Shown here: positions 58,030 through 64,000 of the stretch, piece after piece
Numbering within the stretch: the stretch's first letter is position 1
How the letters are laid out: each line of letters opens with the position of its first letter
From: Candidatus Heimdallarchaeota archaeon
GTDB taxonomy: Archaea > Asgardarchaeota > Heimdallarchaeia > JABLTI01
Assembly: GCA_018238155.1 (NCBI GenBank)
Contig: JABCTZ010000046.1
Span: 64,001-128,000 of the forward strand
Reading direction: 5' to 3'
Length of the DNA stretch: 64,000 nucleotides
Translations under genes and position numbers: made by a program
Notes under the pieces: model-generated
Databases searched by the model: none
What the model was told of the DNA's origin: nothing
Seen by the model: only the letters and a program-made list of their open reading frames with translations

Positions 58030-58512
58030 CTATTTCTTCTTCTTCTTCTTGAACAATTTAATGAGTTCTGTTGAATCGCAACAATCATATTTTTCTGCTA
58101 GTTTGCTTAAAGCTTCTGTTGCAGCTTGTCGAACTTGCGTGCTTTTGTCATCGAGTCTTGCCTTATCAAGTATGGATACAACATCGATTGTTGATTCGCT
58201 CATTGATTGAAGTACAATAGCTGCACGCTCTCTTACTTTTTCGCTTTGATCTTCTTTCAGTGCTTTACACAATGAGGGTGCTGCTTGTGATGCTTTTGCA
58301 CCAATCCATTGTAAAGAAATAGCTGCTTCTACACGAACGTTCTCACTTTTATCATCTAGGAGAGCTTTAATTAATTCAGGAACAGCCTCATCAGCAACAT
58401 CTGCACCAATCCAACCTAAATCTCGTGCTGCTTCTACACGGGTACTTTCTCCCCAACCTTCTCGAAGCTGCCAGATCATTTTATCTAGCTTTTTCTTATC
58501 TGGTCCGCTCAT
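58030..58512 (-). CDS. HEAT (PBS-lyase-type) repeat protein
   Basis: Repeats D.SE.VR..AA..L..IG. Confidence 0.9.
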   Translation of the reverse strand: MSGPDKKKLDKMIWQLREGWGESTRVEAARDLGWIGADVADEAVPELIKALLDDKSENVRVEAAISLQWIGAKASQAAPSLCKALKEDQSEKVRERAAIVLQSMSESTIDVVSILDKARLDDKSTQVRQAATEALSKLAEKYDCCDSTELIKLFKKKKKK

Positions 58513-58809
58513 TCTTGCAAATCCTTTAACTTTAATTAGAATTATATCCGTATTAAAACGCTCTGTTTAATCGAACGATATAATTTAAGACAAAAACTTC
58601 TTAATAAGTCTAATTGTTTAACCAAATGCTTGATAAATACAATGATGACCTATTTTAGAGAGATTTTCATGCGTCTCTTAATACGGTAGACGAACAATAG
58701 TAATGGTTTATATGTTTTGGCATAGATATTTAACGTATTAATTTAAACAAATCTATTTAACAAAACTAAAGATTATCTATTATCATAAACAGTATCTGGT
58801 GCATCTACC

Positions 58810-60432
58810 TTGAATAAGCGTATGTTTATTGTTAGAAAAATATTGATAATGCTTACTTATTTAGTAATATGTAATGTATTTGTACCTAAAATTGAAAATG
58901 GCTTTTCTTCAGCAAATACTAATAATCAAACCATAATTTCAAATGGAATATTACAAGGATCAAAAAATACCAATATTCATTATCTGTTTGGGAAAACAAT
59001 CACTTGGCGAGATTCATTTGAAATTGAAGGAAAATCAATCACATTTGATAAGCAAGGGAACAGTTACTTTACAGGAACAATTCTAACTGACTTTTTAGTG
59101 GGTACCTCAGACATATTTTTAGGAAAACTAAATTCAAATGGAACACTTGTTTGGTTAAATATTTATGATTATAAAACAGCAGATGTGGTCTATGATCTAT
59201 GTTTAAATGAAGTAACAAATCTCATCTATATTGTTGGTTCAACAATAAATTCATCTCGAGTAATTAATACAGATTTCTTAATTGGTTGTTATGACACTAT
59301 TTCTGGAATTGAAATTTGGAATACTACCTTTGGTGTTGAGAATTACTCTGAAATCGGTTATTCAATTGATTTTTTTGAGAACAAATTATTCATTACCGGT
59401 ACTAGAACAGAATATATTGAAATTGATACAAATCCGGATATAATTTTAGCTTGCTTTGATTCCCTTACAGGAATAGATATCTGGGTTAAAAATTTCGCAA
59501 CTGAAAATTATGATTATGCTCCAAAATTAATTTTAGATACAACCAATGAAGAAATGTACTTTGTTTTCAACAGCAAGAATAATAAAGATACTACAGAAAA
59601 CAACCAATATTCCATTAAGAAATTGTCCTTAGAAGGAAACCAAACTTGGGAAATAAATTCACTTTTATCTGAAAATATAATTCTCAATGATTTTTCCATT
59701 GATACATCAAATAATTTACTTGTTATTGTGGGAGAATTTACAAATTTTGAAGTTAGCAATAATAAAGATACAGTCATTGTTTCTTATGATTTAACTGGAA
59801 ATGAAAAAAAGCGAATATTCTTTGGTACAAAGGAATTTGATGAAGTTGGCTTGACTATAGCAATTGACAAATCGGGAAATTTTATTATTGCAGGGTATTC
59901 AACTTCCGATTTGTTCAACAAGAACGTTGCTTTTATGACCAAAATTGATTCTACAGGAAAAGTAATTTGGACAGGAAAAATGGAAAAGTATCTTAGAAGT
60001 AGAGTAAACAATTTAGCTATTAATGATTTAGGATTTATAGTTACTACAGGATCCGCAGAAGGAAGACATGATTATATTTTCATAAGGCTTTTAGTCGGTT
60101 TTACCGTTGATGAAGATGATGATAATTTGAGTACTTATTTTGAAGTAGAAATTGGAACAGATCCTACTTTATTTGATACCGATCAAGATGGTTTTTCAGA
60201 TGGACAAGAATTTCTGCATAACACTGATCCATTAAACAAATATAGCAATACGACTAATAGAAGTATTTTGTTTAATTTTGGTATAGCATTCACTTGTATA
60301 ATTATATTCCTTTTTCTTGTAGTTAACTTCTTTATCAAAAAGAAAGGTAATGATGAAACTTCAGCAATAGTAAAAGTATACGATAAAATCATTTCTACAT
60401 TTAAAAGGAAAAGAAGGATAAAACATGATTAA
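58810..60432 (+). CDS. membrane-anchored beta-propeller (SBBP-like) surface protein with Ca-binding DTDxDG repeats
   Basis: Signal-like N-terminus, D..GN.Y.TG/D.F..K...G...W repeats, GTDP...DTDQDGFSDGQE...TDP, C-terminal TM and basic tail. Confidence 0.82.
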   Translation: MNKRMFIVRKILIMLTYLVICNVFVPKIENGFSSANTNNQTIISNGILQGSKNTNIHYLFGKTITWRDSFEIEGKSITFDKQGNSYFTGTILTDFLVGTSDIFLGKLNSNGTLVWLNIYDYKTADVVYDLCLNEVTNLIYIVGSTINSSRVINTDFLIGCYDTISGIEIWNTTFGVENYSEIGYSIDFFENKLFITGTRTEYIEIDTNPDIILACFDSLTGIDIWVKNFATENYDYAPKLILDTTNEEMYFVFNSKNNKDTTENNQYSIKKLSLEGNQTWEINSLLSENIILNDFSIDTSNNLLVIVGEFTNFEVSNNKDTVIVSYDLTGNEKKRIFFGTKEFDEVGLTIAIDKSGNFIIAGYSTSDLFNKNVAFMTKIDSTGKVIWTGKMEKYLRSRVNNLAINDLGFIVTTGSAEGRHDYIFIRLLVGFTVDEDDDNLSTYFEVEIGTDPTLFDTDQDGFSDGQEFLHNTDPLNKYSNTTNRSILFNFGIAFTCIIIFLFLVVNFFIKKKGNDETSAIVKVYDKIISTFKRKRRIKHD

Positions 60433-60521
60433 TCTTTAATTTTATGATGCAAAAAGATTTGGTTTTTTTGTAAAAATTTAAGAATGGAAATCTTTCCTTG
60501 AATAACAAGTGTTGATTATCT

Positions 60522-61361
60522 ATGCCTATTTGCACAAATTGTGATTCTACTGTTGATGACGATGCATTCATTTGTCCTTTCTGCGGGATGAAATTAGAGC
60601 AAAAAGATAAGCAAGATAACAATGAAGAACTGTCTTCGAATTTCATTGTTAAATTAGATTCTTCGAGCTCTCCAAATTTAATTGTAGAAAAACAATTAGT
60701 ATCTCCACAATCTATTGGAGAGCCAATTATTAGTGAGGATCAAATATTTCATTCTCAAGATATCGAAGAAATCGAAATGGAAGAATTCCAAAATCAAAAT
60801 GTGCCAATTTCTTTATCACCAGTACCAGAACGAAATTATCTCGTTTGGTTTCTTTTAGGCATTGCGTCACTTGGTATTTGTTTTCTAATTTACCTTTATC
60901 TCAATTTAGAAGATTTAGAGAAGCATTCACATTATCCTCTTGAATTAAAGGCAAAACCTATCAAAGTTAATCCTTCTTCACTTTTGATACTTTTCTTTAT
61001 TTCAATCTGTTTTCTGTTCATACCCATTTTTTGGTATATGTATTATATTAAATATGCTAGCTTAACTAATCATATCCGAGAACAAAAAATAGATACTGCA
61101 CCAATAAAACTTCTTCATCCTATTTATTACATGATTCCTTTGGTACTCTCTCATATTTTTGCTGTAATTCCATTTATTATTAAACTAATTTCTAAAATAG
61201 ATATCAGAACTTCTATTCCAGAATTATTTTGGTCTATTTTTGCATTAATCATTGTTCTTACCTTGATAACATCTGTCATGGATTATTACTGGCAAAAAGC
61301 GTTCAATCACCACTGTAAAATTGCAATGATAAATTTGAATGTGATAAAAAATTCAGCCTAA
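60522..61361 (+). CDS. zinc-ribbon membrane protein (DUF4234-like TM region)
   Basis: CTNC...CPFCG, an acidic linker, and 4 TM segments. Confidence 0.78.
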   Translation: MPICTNCDSTVDDDAFICPFCGMKLEQKDKQDNNEELSSNFIVKLDSSSSPNLIVEKQLVSPQSIGEPIISEDQIFHSQDIEEIEMEEFQNQNVPISLSPVPERNYLVWFLLGIASLGICFLIYLYLNLEDLEKHSHYPLELKAKPIKVNPSSLLILFFISICFLFIPIFWYMYYIKYASLTNHIREQKIDTAPIKLLHPIYYMIPLVLSHIFAVIPFIIKLISKIDIRTSIPELFWSIFALIIVLTLITSVMDYYWQKAFNHHCKIAMINLNVIKNSA

Positions 61362-61432
61362 ATTATTCAAAAACCGGTTATTTCCACATAAAAAAAATAG
61401 GTATTTTAATAGTTTGTTTCAAATATCTTGAT

Positions 61433-61645
61433 ATGTTTCCCAATAAAGAACGTCCTTGTTGCCAAAATTGTGATCATTTAAGAATTGATAATTTTTGTTT
61501 GGTTAAAGGCAAATACATTCTTTCTAAAAATATCTATAAAAATCGTGACTGTGTTGATTTCTCTTTAATTTTGTTTAACAATATTATTCCAGAAACCAAG
61601 CAACAATCAAAAGAAATCATTGCTAAATTAATGAATGAGGAGTAG
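61433..61645 (+). CDS. small Cys-rich putative metal-binding protein
   Basis: CQNCDH-x6-C-x17-CVDF pattern. Confidence 0.55.
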   Translation: MFPNKERPCCQNCDHLRIDNFCLVKGKYILSKNIYKNRDCVDFSLILFNNIIPETKQQSKEIIAKLMNEE

Positions 61646-61665
61646 AGCAATTTTAGATTGAATAA

Positions 61666-62274
61666 TTATACAATAACTAATTTTACTGAAGTAAGATACG
61701 CATGAACGCCGGTATAACTTAATTCACTTAATTGACTATTCCATTCCCAAAGCTCAAAAATTATTTTATAGCTGGTTGAACTAGTTCCAAGTTGATTCAA
61801 AATTTTCGCTGAAAACATAAACCTAAATTCAGTTTCTGTTGAAGGTATCCATTGTTCTCCGACAGCAAGTACTTTTTGTTTCCAATGAGTTTTATGGAAA
61901 TATGTTGTATCATTTGTTCCATAAATATCCTGATTTATTAGGACAGATTGGAGGCCGATTTTTAATCTTACTTCAAAAAATTTGACTTGTTCGTAATGGT
62001 TGCCTAGAAGAATATAAAGAGAAATGATTTCAGAAGCTCCTTCTGTATTGTTATAATCAATATTTTGAGGGTAGCCTTCTGCTTCATATTTATCTTCTGC
62101 TGCATTGTATGTTAGTAATCCTAATTCGGCATAACCTTCTCCACTAATAGAAGGAGTAAAAATCAATGTTGTGGAAATTATAATACCAATTACAGTTAAA
62201 ACTAAAATAATTTTTGCTGCTAACTCAAAGTTGACTTCTCGTTTTGCTCGATTTTTACTATTCTTCTTAGACAT
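61666..62274 (-). CDS. DUF1616-like protein (C-terminal extracellular module)
   Basis: One TM, then GEGYAELGLL...YPQ...LGNH...KIIFELW. Confidence 0.65.
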   Translation of the reverse strand: MSKKNSKNRAKREVNFELAAKIILVLTVIGIIISTTLIFTPSISGEGYAELGLLTYNAAEDKYEAEGYPQNIDYNNTEGASEIISLYILLGNHYEQVKFFEVRLKIGLQSVLINQDIYGTNDTTYFHKTHWKQKVLAVGEQWIPSTETEFRFMFSAKILNQLGTSSTSYKIIFELWEWNSQLSELSYTGVHAYLTSVKLVIV

Positions 62275-62285
62275 GACTATTCACC

Positions 62286-62810
62286 TTACTTAGCAGCTTT
62301 TTTATCATTTCCCTCATTCAGGACATCTATTTCATAAACTATTTCCAAGTCTAGATATTCTTCATCACGCTTTCTTTTAAACCAACCCAAGATATTTCTA
62401 CCAAAAAAGACTATTATTGCAGCGATTACAATGATATTTATAGGGATAATAACATAAGGAAATATCTTACCCCATCGAGCATTATTAATTATCTCAGTTA
62501 CTTCATCTCTAATGGTTTCAGCAATAGTATATGCTTGATTATATAAGCCTACGCGATATTTTTCTAAAGCAATATTCAAATTATCAATGTAACTTTGAAC
62601 GTCAATTCCTTCCAAAGTGGCTTGCTCAATTTTCTCGAAAGCACTAACTATTAAATCGAAAGTCTCATCTTTGGTTGCAGCAGTAACATGTGTAACGGTT
62701 TTGAAGTTCACTAAATTTACTGTATTAATAAGCACAAGTAAAATCATTAAACTAAACAGAAATTTCCTTACTAGTACAATATTTCCGTTTATACTGACTA
62801 ATCTTTTCAT
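62286..62810 (-). CDS. membrane protein
   Basis: Signal-like segment, helical domain and C-terminal TM; ATGA overlap with the upstream gene. Confidence 0.7.
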   Translation of the reverse strand: MKRLVSINGNIVLVRKFLFSLMILLVLINTVNLVNFKTVTHVTAATKDETFDLIVSAFEKIEQATLEGIDVQSYIDNLNIALEKYRVGLYNQAYTIAETIRDEVTEIINNARWGKIFPYVIIPINIIVIAAIIVFFGRNILGWFKRKRDEEYLDLEIVYEIDVLNEGNDKKAAK

Positions 62811-63523
62811 TTTTCTGCAACCTCAAAAACCAATGTTTGATCTTCTTTTTTCTTGAAAATATATCCATCTCGACTGAGTTTAATTCGTAAACCAATCGAA
62901 ATTGCTGTACATACTAAAATGAAAATTGACAAACTTAATGCTATTGAAAGTGTATTGAATCTAAATGTATAATTCAAAAATAATCCATCTAGCAACAAAA
63001 CAACAATACTTAATCCAATAGCAGTTGCTATTCTCTCCAGAAAACGAAGATTATCATCTAATTCAGGGAATATTGCAGAAGTTAATGCCCAACCAGATAG
63101 AAATAACATAAAGAAACAGACAAAAATATACCTTACATAGAAGAAAAAACCGGAGCGAACATCAATTAAAACTAAAGTTAATACTAACATTATTGTAGCA
63201 ATGGTTATCCAAAACTCATAGGCGAAATAATTTCGTGCGAAGAAATAGTCTTTAAATTTCTTTGGAGGATCTATTGGTTCAAAAATTGGTTCTTGTAAAA
63301 ATAAATCCTTTTCATATTCCATTTCACGAATAATGGGGAGAATTTCCTCTCGCGTTAGAGCAGAATCAATTTCAAGAGATTCAACTAAAGCTCTTACATC
63401 AAATGGTTTCTTCTTCTTCAGAATAGCACTTAATTTCTCTTTGATTGCTTGTTTGTCTTTCTCATTTTCTTGACGTTCTTTGTGCTTTTGTTTTCGCCTT
63501 TTATCTTTAGGTGACATAAACAT
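62807..63523 (-). CDS. DUF1616-like membrane protein (TM module)
   Basis: FLSGWALTSAIFP...LERIATAIGLSI...GLFLNYT motif. Confidence 0.72.
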   Translation of the reverse strand: MFMSPKDKRRKQKHKERQENEKDKQAIKEKLSAILKKKKPFDVRALVESLEIDSALTREEILPIIREMEYEKDLFLQEPIFEPIDPPKKFKDYFFARNYFAYEFWITIATIMLVLTLVLIDVRSGFFFYVRYIFVCFFMLFLSGWALTSAIFPELDDNLRFLERIATAIGLSIVVLLLDGLFLNYTFRFNTLSIALSLSIFILVCTAISIGLRIKLSRDGYIFKKKEDQTLVFEVAEK

Positions 63524-63552
63524 CGCTCTTTGTTAGATATTCAGGAGGTAAT

Positions 63553-64000
63553 TTAATTGGTAGGCTCTTTCTTAGGTTGTTCGTTTACTTCAATAAATTC
63601 TTTTTCCTCTTCAATCTCTTCACTAAAGATTTCATCTTTACTATGGCTTTTACGAATACCGACAGTTTGAAGGAAGAACAAATAAAATTTGTGAAGCCAA
63701 GCATAGACCAGATAAAGTGCTTTGATATCAAGAGCATGATAGATTATTAGCAATAGTGTAAAACCTAGTATCCAGAAAACAAATGGTAAAGAAGAAACAA
63801 GTATATCTGCTAAATTTACATATAATAACGGATGACTTTTTTTGAATACATCATTAGAAGCTAATGAATATACCCAGGATTTTTGTAAACCAAGAGTAAA
63901 GATGTATAATGGAAAGATTGTAACAACGGTTATGATAGATGCCCATACTTTCTTTTTCCATTCTCCTGGTGTAGCAACTATTAAACCAATCATAAATGCA
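63553..64000 (-). CDS. multi-pass membrane protein, possibly archaeosortase/exosortase-like (5' end outside the window)
   Basis: Frame is open to the window edge. IGLIVATP...KKK resembles the exosortase-family core, but the usual N..R catalytic residues are not evident. Confidence 0.45.
   Translation of the reverse strand, partial: AFMIGLIVATPGEWKKKVWASIITVVTIFPLYIFTLGLQKSWVYSLASNDVFKKSHPLLYVNLADILVSSLPFVFWILGFTLLLIIYHALDIKALYLVYAWLHKFYLFFLQTVGIRKSHSKDEIFSEEIEEEKEFIEVNEQPKKEPTN

Noticed and set aside
1994-62856. Other short ORFs nested antisense or out of frame within long genes (e.g. 1994, 5270, 6096, 13945, 28254, 33362, 51329, 59514, 62617)
   Set aside because: Fully overlap well-supported genes and have no motifs of their own.

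Overview
AT-rich (about 30% GC by eye), gene-dense archaeal chromosome segment, inferred to be from an Asgard archaeon (probably Heimdallarchaeia-like). The inference rests on a Fae-Hps fusion, an archaeal-type PGK, longin-fold domains, a longin-DENN protein and eukaryote-like LRR/HEAT proteins. I found no rRNA, tRNA, CRISPR array, transposase or integrase. Metabolic/housekeeping genes: leuC/leuD-type dehydratase, citG, citC, a divergent pgk, GDPD, fae-hps, polX, GH38 mannosidase, DAG-kinase family, sat-cysC plus two sulfotransferases, S9 peptidase. Highlights: (1) a folliculin/SMCR8-like longin-DENN protein that keeps the 'DxxARG' arginine-finger motif and probably starts at CTG; (2) two paralogous integrin-alpha-like single-pass receptors (FG-GAP propeller, 9 Ig-like repeats, TM, cytoplasmic longin domain), one 5'-truncated; (3) an unannotated ~160-nt structured RNA candidate; (4) two bactofilin-like beta-solenoid paralogs that share a palindromic upstream operator; (5) a cluster of a DUF2085-like membrane protein, two CxxxC-repeat membrane microproteins and a HerA-like ATPase; (6) an LRR gene flanked by 58-bp direct repeats. 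All family assignments come from motif recognition by eye; no database search was run.
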